In this document: positions 1 to 9,210 of the stretch, piece after piece
Layout: the number at the start of each line of letters is the position of its first letter
Numbering within the stretch: position 1 is the stretch's first letter
Assembly (NCBI GenBank): GCA_016204045.1
Contig: JACQLQ010000004.1
Span: 100,927-164,926 of the forward strand
Source of the DNA: Parcubacteria group bacterium
Lineage (GTDB): Bacteria > Patescibacteriota > Minisyncoccia > Phycocordibacterales > UBA2135
DNA: 64,000 bases
Direction: 5' to 3'
Program-made: the position numbers and the translations under genes
Notes under the pieces: generated by a model
What the model was told of the DNA's origin: nothing
What the model saw: only the letters and a program-made list of their open reading frames with translations
Databases searched by the model: none

Positions 1-1517
1 ACGAAAAGCTCGCTTTCCAGGCGGCAGACGACGAGCGTTTTGCCGCATACAAGAGTCTGATTCGCGAATCATTTGCAAAAAATCAATCTGTCTTCTTTTG
101 TCTCCCAACGATTGAAGACATAGAAGGAAGTCGCGCAACTCTAGAACGAGGAATAGAACAATACACGTTTGTACTTCATGGAGAATTGTCAAAGAAGGAA
201 ACAATCGCCCGCTGGCAGGCGACTCTTCGGGAAAAGCACCCGGTACTGATTATCGCCACCGGCCTTTTCCTCTCACTCCCCAGAGAAGACGTAAAAGTCA
301 TTGTGCTCGAAAAAGAGAGCTCATCAGCGTATAAGCTTTTGACACGACCATATGTCGATATTCGCACGGTCGCAGAGTTTTTGGCCGAAGCATCGGGAGC
401 AAAATTAATCCTGGGCGACATGCTCTTACAAACCGAGACTATTTACAAAAAAGAGGAGGGTGTGCTTGAAGCGTTTGCCCCGCTCAAATTCCGTTCCGTC
501 TCTCGGGCCGAGAATACATTAATTGACATGAACCGCTACCAAACCGAGGCGGGAGGAGAGAAATTCAGAATCTTAAGCGACGAAGTACTGCACCTTCTTG
601 GGCGACTACGAGAGAAGAACGAGCGACTACTCCTCTTTGTCTCTCGGCGCGGACTATATCCGATAACTACATGCTCCGACTGCAACACTGTTGTCGAGTG
701 CCAGCACTGCGAAGCCCCCCTCGTTCTGCACACACAGGGCAAGGGCGAGAAAGAGCGTTACCATGTATGCCACTCATGTGGGAAAAGTGTAAAGGCGCAA
801 GACCGTTGCCCTACCTGCGCAAGTTGGCGCTTGGTCCCTATTGGCATAGGCGCCGAGAATGTCTTCGAAGAGGCGAAGAAACACGCGGGAGATGCGTCGG
901 TTCTTCTCTTGAGCAAGGATTCGGCATCAACAAAGAAGAAGGCGCGAGAGATTATGAAGCAATTTTTTAGCGCTCCGAGTGCCGTACTTGTTGCGACACA
1001 GATGGTCATACCCTATCTTCGAGAAGAACTTAGTAATGTGGCAGTGGTATCTATTGATTCGTTGTTTACACTTCCTGACTTCAAGATAAACGAGCGCGTC
1101 TTCCGCATGCTCGCGGTGCTTAACGCGCGGACGAGTAGACGCTTCCTCATACAAACAAGACTCCCCGACACCCCCCTCTTCCGTCATGTGCTTCTGGGAA
1201 ACTTCCTCGAGTTCTACCGCGAGGAGCTTGCGGACCGAAAAGAGTTTAACCTCCCTCCATTTACGGTTCTCATCAAGGTCTCTTCTCTAGGCACAAAGGA
1301 TGCCATGGAGCGAAACGCGGAGAAGCTCAAGGAGTTGTTCTCACTGTATGAACCGACGATTTTCCCCGGATTTATTGCCAAAGTAAAAGGAAAGCATATT
1401 CTACATATGTTGATTCGCATGCCAAGAGAAAACTGGCCGGACCGGCATCTTGTCTCCATGCTCGGGGCGCTCCCGCCCGGATTTAAAATCCAAGTCAATC
1501 CAGAATCAATCCTTTAG
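1..1517 (+). CDS. priA: Primosomal protein N' (PriA), C-terminal part; 5'-partial at window edge
   Basis: Frame-3 ORF runs open from the window start into the listed 186..1517 ORF. Has a Cys4-Cys4 zinc-binding cluster (SDCNTVVECQHCEAPL...HVCHSCGK...DRCPTCAS) typical of the PriA Zn-finger region, followed by a C-terminal domain. Confidence 0.6.
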   Translation, partial: EKLAFQAADDERFAAYKSLIRESFAKNQSVFFCLPTIEDIEGSRATLERGIEQYTFVLHGELSKKETIARWQATLREKHPVLIIATGLFLSLPREDVKVIVLEKESSSAYKLLTRPYVDIRTVAEFLAEASGAKLILGDMLLQTETIYKKEEGVLEAFAPLKFRSVSRAENTLIDMNRYQTEAGGEKFRILSDEVLHLLGRLREKNERLLLFVSRRGLYPITTCSDCNTVVECQHCEAPLVLHTQGKGEKERYHVCHSCGKSVKAQDRCPTCASWRLVPIGIGAENVFEEAKKHAGDASVLLLSKDSASTKKKAREIMKQFFSAPSAVLVATQMVIPYLREELSNVAVVSIDSLFTLPDFKINERVFRMLAVLNARTSRRFLIQTRLPDTPLFRHVLLGNFLEFYREELADRKEFNLPPFTVLIKVSSLGTKDAMERNAEKLKELFSLYEPTIFPGFIAKVKGKHILHMLIRMPRENWPDRHLVSMLGALPPGFKIQVNPESIL

Positions 1518-1547
1518 ATTTTTTATATTCAGTGGTAGGTTAATGTT

Positions 1548-2072
1548 ATGGCTAAGATTCTACAAAAGGAACATCCTATACTACGCGGGACCGCCGAAAA
1601 CGTGCCCCTTGCCGACATTGGTAGCAAGAAAATGATGGGGGTGATTTCCGACATGCAAGACGCCATGCATAAGGAAGAAGACGCAATCGCGATTGCGGCG
1701 CCACAGATTGGTGTTCCGCTTCGACTCTTTGTCGTCTCGGGCAAGATGTTCACAGAGGTTGAAGAACGAGAGGATGGGGCACTCGTCCGCCAGTACGACA
1801 AAGTCTTCGTGAACCCCAAGGTCAAGAAGCGCTCGCGCAAACAGCAAGAGCTCGAAGAAGGCTGTCTTTCGGTCCGATGGAAGTACGGTTTCGTGAAGCG
1901 AGCGGACAAGATTACTGTCGAAGCCTACGATGAAAAGGGTGAGAAATTCACCCGGGGCGCATCAGGCTTGCTTGCGCAAATCTTTCAACACGAAATAGAC
2001 CACTTGGACGGCATTCTCTTTATCGACAAGGCACATAGTGTGCGTGACCTCCCGCCAACAGAAGAGAAGTAG
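1548..2072 (+). CDS. def: Peptide deformylase
   Basis: Carries the three PDF motifs: GIAIAAPQIG, EGCLS and QHEIDHLDG. Sits immediately upstream of fmt, the classic def-fmt arrangement. Confidence 0.9.
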   Translation: MAKILQKEHPILRGTAENVPLADIGSKKMMGVISDMQDAMHKEEDAIAIAAPQIGVPLRLFVVSGKMFTEVEEREDGALVRQYDKVFVNPKVKKRSRKQQELEEGCLSVRWKYGFVKRADKITVEAYDEKGEKFTRGASGLLAQIFQHEIDHLDGILFIDKAHSVRDLPPTEEK

Positions 2073-2112
2073 CCCATAACAAAAAGACTCCGGTGTACGG
2101 AGTCGTTTTTTG

Positions 2113-2511
2113 TTATGGAAGAAGCGAAAATGACCAAGGTGCCGGAACCGAGAGGAGCATCAAGATTGCACCGAGAAGAGCCACGTTCTTCAGGAATTGT
2201 ATGCGCGAAATGCGCCGTTCGTTCGGATCGGTAACCTTCCAAAATGGGTGCATATACAACGTCACTGGAATCATGAAGACAGCGAGCGCAAGGAGCGACC
2301 ACTCCGGGTACACCCCGAGGAGAACTCCCGCTCCGCCCACCACAATAAGGAATGATGCGAGAGGAACAGATACTGGTGCGATCGGAACACTTTTAGATGC
2401 GGCATACCCAATCATCTGCTTAATCTGCACAAAGTGCATGACTCCGTTGAAAAGAAAGTACCCGCCGAGAAAAAGGCGGCCGAGGAGAAAAGCGAGTGTG
2501 AAGAAGTCCAT
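2113..2511 (-). CDS. DoxX-family integral membrane protein
   Basis: 132 aa with about 4 TM helices. Hydrophobic profile and the FLLGRLFLGGYFLFNG motif are typical of DoxX. Confidence 0.65.
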   Translation of the reverse strand: MDFFTLAFLLGRLFLGGYFLFNGVMHFVQIKQMIGYAASKSVPIAPVSVPLASFLIVVGGAGVLLGVYPEWSLLALAVFMIPVTLYMHPFWKVTDPNERRISRIQFLKNVALLGAILMLLSVPAPWSFSLLP

Positions 2512-2557
2512 GTTGATTGCGAAAAAGCGCGTTGTCTACTAATGTAGAGAGTATACT

Positions 2558-3412
2558 ATGGATACGGAACGCGACACAAACATTCCTTTTGCCTTCTTTG
2601 GTACCGACAATTTTTCGGTCATTATTTTAGACAAGCTTACGAAGGCCGGTTTCGTGCCCTCACTTATCGTCACGGCCCCCGATCGAAGAGCTGGCCGCGG
2701 CATGAAGCTTACTCCCCCACCCGCTAAAGTGTGGGCCGAGAAAAACAAGATTCCTCTCCTCCAACCAGAAACATTCGATACATCGGTGCTTCAAAAACTT
2801 AAGGATGGGGGTTGCGAGCTTTTTGTTATCGCTTTCTATGGAAAGATTCTTCCTCAAGAAGCTTTAGACATTCCGAAACGCGGAACCTTGAACGTGCACC
2901 CCTCACTTTTGCCGGCATATCGTGGGCCATCCCCTGAACAGTCACAAATATTGGACGGAGTCACAAAGACGGGCGTGACGATTATTCTCGCCGATAACAA
3001 AATGGACCATGGGCCAATCGTTGGGAAAAAAGAATACACCTTGGAAACGCCCTACATACAATACAAAGACTTGCGAAGGGAGCTCTCGGCACTCGCTGGC
3101 ACATTGCTTACCGAAGTACTTCCCGAATGGACGCTTGGAAACATAGAACCACGAGAACAAGACCACACAAACGCGACGTATACGAAACTGCTTACAAAGG
3201 AAGACGGCCTTATACGTCTTACTGATGATTCAGAAACAAACTACAGAAAATTTCTTGCGTACAATCCCTGGCCAGGAACATATTTTTTCTCTGGAGACAC
3301 TCGAGTCAAAATCACCGACGCGGTGCTCGAAGATGGAGTGTTCGTCGTAAGGCACGTTACTCCTGAAGGAAAACGGGAAATGTCCTATGACGATTTCCTC
3401 CGTACTTCATAA
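2558..3412 (+). CDS. fmt: Methionyl-tRNA formyltransferase
   Basis: N-terminal formyltransferase fold (FFGTDNFS...), the HPSLLPAYRGPSP motif, and a C-terminal domain. Follows def. Confidence 0.9.
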   Translation: MDTERDTNIPFAFFGTDNFSVIILDKLTKAGFVPSLIVTAPDRRAGRGMKLTPPPAKVWAEKNKIPLLQPETFDTSVLQKLKDGGCELFVIAFYGKILPQEALDIPKRGTLNVHPSLLPAYRGPSPEQSQILDGVTKTGVTIILADNKMDHGPIVGKKEYTLETPYIQYKDLRRELSALAGTLLTEVLPEWTLGNIEPREQDHTNATYTKLLTKEDGLIRLTDDSETNYRKFLAYNPWPGTYFFSGDTRVKITDAVLEDGVFVVRHVTPEGKREMSYDDFLRTS

Positions 3413-3420
3413 TATAGTCC

Positions 3421-3517
3421 CCCGCAGCTTGCCGCAGAGGACTATATTTCGTCTTCCCCCGAAGAAAATGAAAATTGAAACATTTTCATTTTGCCCACTC
3501 GCTCGACGAAATAAAAA
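3421..3517. repeat. Copy 1 of a ~100-nt structured intergenic repeat (three hairpins plus a conserved tail)
   Basis: Near-identical to 36279..36380. Shared core is ctatatttcgtcttc...gaaaatgaaaattgaaacattttcattttgcccactcgctcgacgaaataaaaa. The 11-bp arms AAAATGAAAAT/ATTTTCATTTT are perfectly palindromic. Confidence 0.7.
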
Positions 3518-3540
3518 AGCCAGAGCTAGCGAGCTCTGGC
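3518..3540. terminator. GC-rich hairpin between convergent fmt (+) and the NUDIX gene (-)
   Basis: gccagagct-agcg-agctctggc is a perfect 9-bp stem lying directly between the two convergent stop codons. Confidence 0.5.
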
Positions 3541-4083
3541 CATATGCGCTTCGGCTTTCTCTGAATTAACCCTCAACTCCTCATCGCAGGCGCTCATCGC
3601 CCTTCTCACATGATCGGCAACATCTCCGATGAAGGCGTACTTGCCCAAATCTTTCTCCTTGAGCCATGCATAGTCGGTCATCTCTCTCCCCAACTGAACG
3701 GTTGATTCTGCGGCGAGAAGCGTCCAATACGTCAGGACGAGGGTAGGTGTACCGCTCTTGCGGATGAAGATAACATCGCCATCTTCAAGCAAACGAAGGG
3801 TATCGGGTGGAACATCAAATCCGCCCTCTTCTTTGATTTCTCGAGCCGCCGCACGACGGAGGCCACCTTCCCAAATCGGATGACTTTTGGTCTTCCTCTG
3901 ACGACCCCAGTCTTTTCTGGACATTTTGCCGCCGGCAATTGTCCACAAACCTGGGCCTTCGGCATCCTCATCCCTTCGCCTAAACACCAACGACTCCAAA
4001 ACGCCATCGGAGTCTCTACGAAGCACTACGGTAGTGGTAACCACAACGTATTCAGGAACAGATTCTGCAGATTCCCTAGTCAT
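3526..4083 (-). CDS. NUDIX hydrolase
   Basis: Nudix box GGLRRAAAREIKEEGG fits GX5EX7REUXEEXGU. ATG start at 4083. Confidence 0.8.
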   Translation of the reverse strand: MTRESAESVPEYVVVTTTVVLRRDSDGVLESLVFRRRDEDAEGPGLWTIAGGKMSRKDWGRQRKTKSHPIWEGGLRRAAAREIKEEGGFDVPPDTLRLLEDGDVIFIRKSGTPTLVLTYWTLLAAESTVQLGREMTDYAWLKEKDLGKYAFIGDVADHVRRAMSACDEELRVNSEKAEAHMARAR

Positions 4084-4188
4084 TGAGCACCCTCACAGAC
4101 TCATCTGTCCGCAGTGTACCATGCACGTTTCTCGCGCTCCCATTGCCCCAATAAAAAAGCCGTGGTATATCACGGCGTTTACAAAAAC

Positions 4189-4770
4189 TTACTCAGCAAC
4201 TATGCGCCCACCCTTGGCCATTTCCTCGGGAGTGAACCAAACGGCCATTTCACGTTCTGCCTCTTTCGGGGAATCCGACGCGTGGATGAGATTTCTCGCC
4301 GCAAGGTGATCTCGTGGGCCTGGGGGCGCGGCAAAATAACCGCGAATCGTCTCCTTTGCCGCTTGAGACGGTAGTGGACTGCCGAGCATCTTCCGTACGA
4401 GCGCGATAGCATTTTCACCCTCCAGCACAACGGCCTCAAGCGGCCCTTCTTGATAATAGAGGCGGCACTCCGCCGCGATCATTTTCCCAATCTCGAGCGG
4501 ATCGTCTGCTCCATAAATCTTTTTGGGATCTTCACCCTGCGCTCGCCAGCGCCCTACCGCTCGCTCTCCCATATTCATCATCCATTCTTCCGTGTTTGGG
4601 AAATGACGATCAAGATGGTCCTCCTTTGCCATAAGTCTCTTTGAGACGACAACCGCGAGACCTTTGCGCGCAAATCGCTTCAAGATTTCATATTCGAGTT
4701 TCCGTTGCACTGCATCAGGCTTCAAGATAACCAGTGTGCGCTCGGTCACAGCAATACCTTCCGTTCTCAA
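4189..4770 (-). CDS. ndk: Nucleoside diphosphate kinase (extended form; non-ATG start likely)
   Basis: N-terminal ERTLVILKPDAVQR and the NLIHASDS motif are NDK hallmarks. The first codon at 4770 is TTG. Confidence 0.8.
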   Translation of the reverse strand: MRTEGIAVTERTLVILKPDAVQRKLEYEILKRFARKGLAVVVSKRLMAKEDHLDRHFPNTEEWMMNMGERAVGRWRAQGEDPKKIYGADDPLEIGKMIAAECRLYYQEGPLEAVVLEGENAIALVRKMLGSPLPSQAAKETIRGYFAAPPGPRDHLAARNLIHASDSPKEAEREMAVWFTPEEMAKGGRIVAE

Positions 4771-4845
4771 TTCTGCAGGGACTGTAGCATGCGAATTGCC
4801 TTACGTCAACATGATCACGTCGACATACTCTAAAGAAAAAGCCGC

Positions 4846-5586
4846 TTATGTGTGAGCGGCCATGAAATTACTAAACCCTGTGTAAAGAGCATCTTTATCC
4901 TCGGGGGTAACTAACACCCCAAGATCTTCGAGCAACCTTACGAACAACATCTTGGGTCCGTCTTCTTGTGGACGCCAAAGATGATTTCTTTCTCCACCCA
5001 AATCCTCACCAAAATCGATCGCGACTACGTCGGCACCGCGGGAACGCAGATCGTGGACAGATATTGGTTTAAAGCCAAGCACTACGAGCCCAGCAGCATA
5101 TGCCCCATATCTCTCCATGAGCGTGGGGCGCAATTCTTCATTCTGAAGCGCCTCAGTGAAAGTGAGTGGAATATACTCCTCAAGAAGAACGGCTGGCCCG
5201 CTCCCGTATAGCTTGGGCGTTGAAACGCCTGCGCGAGAGAGAATCTCTCGGCGCCGAAGCCACTCGACGAAAATTTCCGAGATGGGACGCATGGCAAAAG
5301 GTGCGCACGCCTTGAAAAGGAGCCCGCGTGGCGGTTGATCGCCAATGCAAAGGGAGAAATAGAGAACGTATGTTTCAGCTCCGCCACGTGCCCACTCGGA
5401 TACAGAATCAAAATGGTAAGGTGTCTCAGTAGATGGTAGCAACCCAAGTGTAACGAGGGCTCCAGGCACACTCTTGGCATCTGTCAGCGCCAAGAGTTCT
5501 CTTTCGAGATGCTCATTGGGAGCTGACATTAGGGGCACCGACAACAAATCTGTACAGAGAATAACAGTACTCACTCCTCGAATCAA
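4846..5586 (-). CDS. Hypothetical protein, possible protein-kinase-like fold
   Basis: VHDLRSRGADVVAIDFGEDLG resembles a catalytic-loop HxDL plus DFG arrangement. Start is uncertain: TTG at 5586 or ATG at 5529. Confidence 0.3.
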   Translation of the reverse strand: MIRGVSTVILCTDLLSVPLMSAPNEHLERELLALTDAKSVPGALVTLGLLPSTETPYHFDSVSEWARGGAETYVLYFSLCIGDQPPRGLLFKACAPFAMRPISEIFVEWLRRREILSRAGVSTPKLYGSGPAVLLEEYIPLTFTEALQNEELRPTLMERYGAYAAGLVVLGFKPISVHDLRSRGADVVAIDFGEDLGGERNHLWRPQEDGPKMLFVRLLEDLGVLVTPEDKDALYTGFSNFMAAHT

Positions 5587-5661
5587 TCCAGTAGGAACCT
5601 TGACGCACCTCTTATTGTGTGTACTCTTGAGTAAGGCCGCTGTCGACAGAGGTTCCGAACA

Positions 5662-6441
5662 ATGAGACTCGCTCCGGGCGACGGGGCTCTTCTTACACTC
5701 GGGGGTATTGGCACTGAAGTTGCCCTGCTTGATATTGAGGGATGCCTCACGGTCAAGAAAGGGGTGCCCATCCCTCTTGACTGGCTTTGGTACCTCATCG
5801 ATTCAATTCCGTTTGTTCCGCTCGCACTTTGCACAGGAAGATCACAACCTTATGCCGAATGCATGATTCAGCTTCTCGGCGATAAAGCATTCCACGTGCC
5901 TTCGATTGTTGAAAATGGTTGCTTTCTCTACGACCCGAAGACTGACCGCCTCATCCCCCACCCAAAGATAGACGCTGGGGTTCGACGCACATTCAGAGGC
6001 ATAAGGGAATTCCTCGAGGAACACTTCCCTGAAGCACGGATTGAGCCGGGCAAGGAACTTTGCCTATCGCTTGGTCCTCCAAATGGAGTTTCTGTAGAGA
6101 GTCTGTTCGAACGAGTTTGGACCAAAATGGGAGATTTTGAGAATGACATTTTTATCGCCCACAGCAACTCGGCGGTGGACATTACACCGAAGGGCATCGA
6201 CAAGGGTGCGGGTGTTCTTTTCCTTTGCGAGCACCTGGGTATTTCTCCAAAGAGTATCGTCGCAATCGGCGACTCGGGTGGCGACTTGCCGGCGCTTCGC
6301 GTTGCTGGACGTATCGGATGCCCAGCCAACGCTACTCCCGCAGTCAAGCAATTGGTCACGGAGAAATTCGGGCTTATTAGCAAGCATGAGCATGCCAAGG
6401 GCACTACTGATGTCCTAAAAGGCTTCGGTATCATTCTCTAA
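5662..6441 (+). CDS. HAD-superfamily hydrolase, subfamily IIB (Cof/sucrose-phosphatase-like)
   Basis: HAD motif IV GDSGGD and an ISPKSIVAIGDSGGDLPAL C-terminal signature. N-terminal LLDIEGCLT is a motif-I-like sequence. Confidence 0.65.
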   Translation: MRLAPGDGALLTLGGIGTEVALLDIEGCLTVKKGVPIPLDWLWYLIDSIPFVPLALCTGRSQPYAECMIQLLGDKAFHVPSIVENGCFLYDPKTDRLIPHPKIDAGVRRTFRGIREFLEEHFPEARIEPGKELCLSLGPPNGVSVESLFERVWTKMGDFENDIFIAHSNSAVDITPKGIDKGAGVLFLCEHLGISPKSIVAIGDSGGDLPALRVAGRIGCPANATPAVKQLVTEKFGLISKHEHAKGTTDVLKGFGIIL

Positions 6442-6477
6442 TATATAGATACGACGAACCACCCATACCGGGTGGTT

Positions 6478-6855
6478 TTAATTTCGCAGATTATCTTTGA
6501 GCTTGCGCGCACCGCGGCGGGCAGTATCAATACTTTTTGTTTTTGTCTTTCGTAGTTCGTGGTCCATTTCATCCTTCGCTTCGTCAATGGCGGGAAACAA
6601 AGCGTCTTGCACAGACTCGGACCGTAAGTGCACTGATCCAGCAGTAAAATTAATTTCAGCACGATAGACCATTCCCTTCCGGTGATGATCGGTGGTCTTC
6701 CCCACCTCGACGTCAAAAAGCATTTCTTTTGTCTCCCCCGCATAATGCGTCAAGTATTTCTCGAGCATTGCTATTTTCGTATCAACATAAGCGCGAAGTG
6801 CTGGGGTATCATCAATGCCGGTAACAAGATAGTTGATTTTGTATGTCGAAGACAT
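6478..6855 (-). CDS. hpf: Ribosome hibernation promoting factor / ribosome-associated inhibitor A (S30AE family)
   Basis: 125 aa. MSSTYKINYLVTGIDDTPALRAYVDTKIAMLEKYL... matches the YfiA/HPF sigma-54 modulation protein fold. Confidence 0.75.
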   Translation of the reverse strand: MSSTYKINYLVTGIDDTPALRAYVDTKIAMLEKYLTHYAGETKEMLFDVEVGKTTDHHRKGMVYRAEINFTAGSVHLRSESVQDALFPAIDEAKDEMDHELRKTKTKSIDTARRGARKLKDNLRN

Positions 6856-6864
6856 GGGTACGTG

Positions 6865-7092
6865 TTAATTGCTATTGATAATACTTAGTACTTTTTTAGA
6901 ACGGTGGTGACCATTTACGATTCTGATTTTCGCGCGTGGCACTCCCAGATGCGCGGCAACGAGTTCACGGACGCGTATATTTGCCTGGTTCTCTTCTGCT
7001 GGCTCCTTGACCTTAACAGTAAAATGAAGCTTCTTTACTTCTTTGATTTCCTCTCTTCTTGCATTTGACGTAACCGTCACGTGTATATACAT
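6865..7092 (-). CDS. DUF167 / YggU-family small protein
   Basis: C-terminal 75 aa (MYIHVTVT...KLHFTVKVKEPAEENQANIRVRELVAAHLGVPRAKIRIVNGHHRSKK) match the UPF0235/YggU pattern. The listed 219-aa ORF upstream of this segment is judged spurious. Confidence 0.55.
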   Translation of the reverse strand: MYIHVTVTSNARREEIKEVKKLHFTVKVKEPAEENQANIRVRELVAAHLGVPRAKIRIVNGHHRSKKVLSIINSN

Positions 7093-7215
7093 AACCAGAT
7101 GGTGCCAGTATAACACAAAAACTTTCTCGGCTCGCTGTCCACTCCAAAAGTACGCGCTAGAAGCGTATACTTTTAAATAGAAAAGACCGCGTTCTTCCTC
7201 ATAAGGAGGGTCGGC

Positions 7216-8250
7216 ATGCTTGCGCGTCTCAAAGAACCATTTGAGGCACTTCGTGGTGAGAACGGCGCGTTCATTGCCGCGCTGCACAAGGATTACCACA
7301 CATGCTATCTTCGAGACCATCTGTACGCTACCTTTGCATACTTCTTCCTTGAGGAGCATGACAAGTTTAGGCAAGGCATGTGGCTCACCTTTGACATCTT
7401 TCATAAACACCGCCAAAGGATTAAGCGGATTATAGAACACCCTCCCAAAAATGGACATGAATTCCTCCATGCGAAATATGATCCAGAAACACTTGGGGAG
7501 ATTGAGCCGTTTTTTGGACATCACCAGTTAGATGCGTTAGGGCTTTTTCTCTTTATTGTTGGTTTCGCGGAGCAAAATGGTCTTCCTCTCGTCAGGAAAA
7601 ATGCGGACAAGGCAATGCTTAATCTCCTGGTGCTCTATGTCCGCGCAGTAGAGTATTGCAAACGTGGAGATAACGGTATGTGGCAGGGGGAGATGGCGCT
7701 CCATTCGTCTTCTGTCGGGGCCGTTCTCTCTGGCCTTGTGGAGTTGAAGGCAGCAAAACTTGTAAAAGTTCGGAATCCGCTTATTGCAAATGGGATAACC
7801 GCGCTTGACGCTCTTGTTTTGGAAGAGCCTCCCGGACTAGCACAACTTTCGCTTATTTGGCCGTATGATATCGTCACCCCTGCTGTCCGTAATGAAATTC
7901 TCTCCAAAGTGTCGAAAAAATTGGTAGAGAAACATGGTCTAAATCGTTACTTCGGAGACGAATACTATCGCTCTAGAGCAACCGGCATCTCTGCCCAATG
8001 GCCACTCGGCTTCTTCTGGCTTTCCATAATCAAAAGTGAACTCGGCGACACGAAGGACGCGCGTCTATGGTTTGAGCGCGGCGCGGCGCAAATAACGCCC
8101 GCGGGTATTCCCAAGCTGTACACGGACGATACCCCAAACGACCATGTGCCCCTTGCGTGGGCACATGCGCTTGCAATTATTGCGTATACAAAACTTCAGA
8201 ACAAAGCTGCTCCCAAGGATAACAATCACAGTGAGGACGCAACATCATAA
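7216..8250 (+). CDS. Glycoside hydrolase family 15 (glucoamylase/trehalase-like) (alpha/alpha)6-barrel protein, short form
   Basis: GMWQGEMALHSSSVGAVLSGL and the surrounding helical repeats resemble the GH15 catalytic domain. Strong SD AAGGAGGG ends 5 nt before the ATG at 7216. Confidence 0.55.
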   Translation: MLARLKEPFEALRGENGAFIAALHKDYHTCYLRDHLYATFAYFFLEEHDKFRQGMWLTFDIFHKHRQRIKRIIEHPPKNGHEFLHAKYDPETLGEIEPFFGHHQLDALGLFLFIVGFAEQNGLPLVRKNADKAMLNLLVLYVRAVEYCKRGDNGMWQGEMALHSSSVGAVLSGLVELKAAKLVKVRNPLIANGITALDALVLEEPPGLAQLSLIWPYDIVTPAVRNEILSKVSKKLVEKHGLNRYFGDEYYRSRATGISAQWPLGFFWLSIIKSELGDTKDARLWFERGAAQITPAGIPKLYTDDTPNDHVPLAWAHALAIIAYTKLQNKAAPKDNNHSEDATS

Positions 8251-8276
8251 CTGCTCCGAAATTGGAGCAGTTTTTT
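8251..8276 (+). terminator. Rho-independent terminator of the GH15-like gene
   Basis: ctgctccgaaattggagcag hairpin followed by TTTTTT. Confidence 0.6.
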
Positions 8277-8280
8277 AATT

Positions 8281-8306
8281 AAAAAGCCGCAGGAGGAACC
8301 TGCGGC
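8281..8306 (-). terminator. Rho-independent terminator of the HD-domain gene (minus strand)
   Basis: The reverse complement gccgcaggttcctcctgcggc is followed by TTTTT. Confidence 0.55.
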
Positions 8307-8315
8307 GCACTATAG

Positions 8316-8777
8316 CTAAGCTGGCAATGAATCCTTGAGGATCCGCCGCGCGCGATGGTACTTGAGACGGCGCGTAATATCTTCTTCAGTCGGATTGGTG
8401 AACCTCGAAAGATCTGAATTGTCTTCCAAGTCCGCAATCTTGACCTTCCGGGCAAGGATCGGACCTTTCCGAATTCTTTCAATGAAGGCGAAATACCCCT
8501 CGTCGCTGCCCTTTTCTTCAGGGCGCTTCGTTAGGTACTCAAGCGCTTCTATCACGTCTTCGTCATAGCCCAGACCACGCATCAACTCCGCAGTGAGACC
8601 ACAATCTTCCCACGTGTCGTGAAGCGCCGCGGTCATGCGTTCCTTCTTTGTCTTTAAGAGAGGATTCAACATCACTCGTAGGGGGTGCAAATAATAAATG
8701 TCCCCCGCTTTGTCTTTCTGATTACCGTGAAGTCGTACACAAAGCGCAATTGCGTCGGCTAATGTCCGCTTTCGCAT
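8316..8777 (-). CDS. HD-domain phosphohydrolase (small alarmone-hydrolase / SpoT-hydrolase-like)
   Basis: ALCVRLHGNQKDKAGDIYYLHPLRV ... AALLHDTWED are the HD-domain His and Asp signatures of (p)ppGpp hydrolase domains. Confidence 0.6.
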   Translation of the reverse strand: MRKRTLADAIALCVRLHGNQKDKAGDIYYLHPLRVMLNPLLKTKKERMTAALHDTWEDCGLTAELMRGLGYDEDVIEALEYLTKRPEEKGSDEGYFAFIERIRKGPILARKVKIADLEDNSDLSRFTNPTEEDITRRLKYHRARRILKDSLPA

Positions 8778-8803
8778 AGTTCAGCTTCTCCTGGTCTGGG
8801 TCT

Positions 8804-9082
8804 TCATCCTAGGCGCGCCTTCGCTGCGGCAGAGTCTTGGGCATTTCCTCTTGCTTGAACAAGCGTTGCCCATTCCCCTTCGGACAGCTCACGAGCTGGT
8901 CCGTTGACCTCGATAAAGTAGTGCTCGTCTACGGTCGGCCAAAGGAAGTCGGCTGGAGTAAGAACACGAAGCGTGCCTCCATCGCGACCATTTGGACGAT
9001 CAGCCTCTATGACACGAGGCTTAGAATTGGTATACCCACGATTACCGTGTTGGTCTCTTGGACGTTCAATGAAGAACGGCAT
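8804..9082 (-). CDS. Hypothetical protein (92 aa)
   Basis: ATG at 9082 is preceded by GAGAAAGAGGGG, which is SD-like. No family recognised. Confidence 0.4.
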   Translation of the reverse strand: MPFFIERPRDQHGNRGYTNSKPRVIEADRPNGRDGGTLRVLTPADFLWPTVDEHYFIEVNGPARELSEGEWATLVQARGNAQDSAAAKARLG

Positions 9083-9210
9083 GGCCTGTTCCCCTCTTTC
9101 TCAGAGTTCGTTCCAAAAACATTGTACATTTTATATAAGAAAAGTCAATTTCCGGTTCTGCAAACAAAAAACCCGTTGATGTCATCGCTGGGTCGCTTCA
9201 CATTGTTTGA

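Noticed and set aside
6865-7524. 219-aa minus-strand ORF overlapping the GH15-like gene
   Set aside because: Only the C-terminal 75 aa match DUF167/YggU. The upstream part is antisense to the GH15-like gene, which has a consensus SD. The ORF was truncated to 6865..7092.
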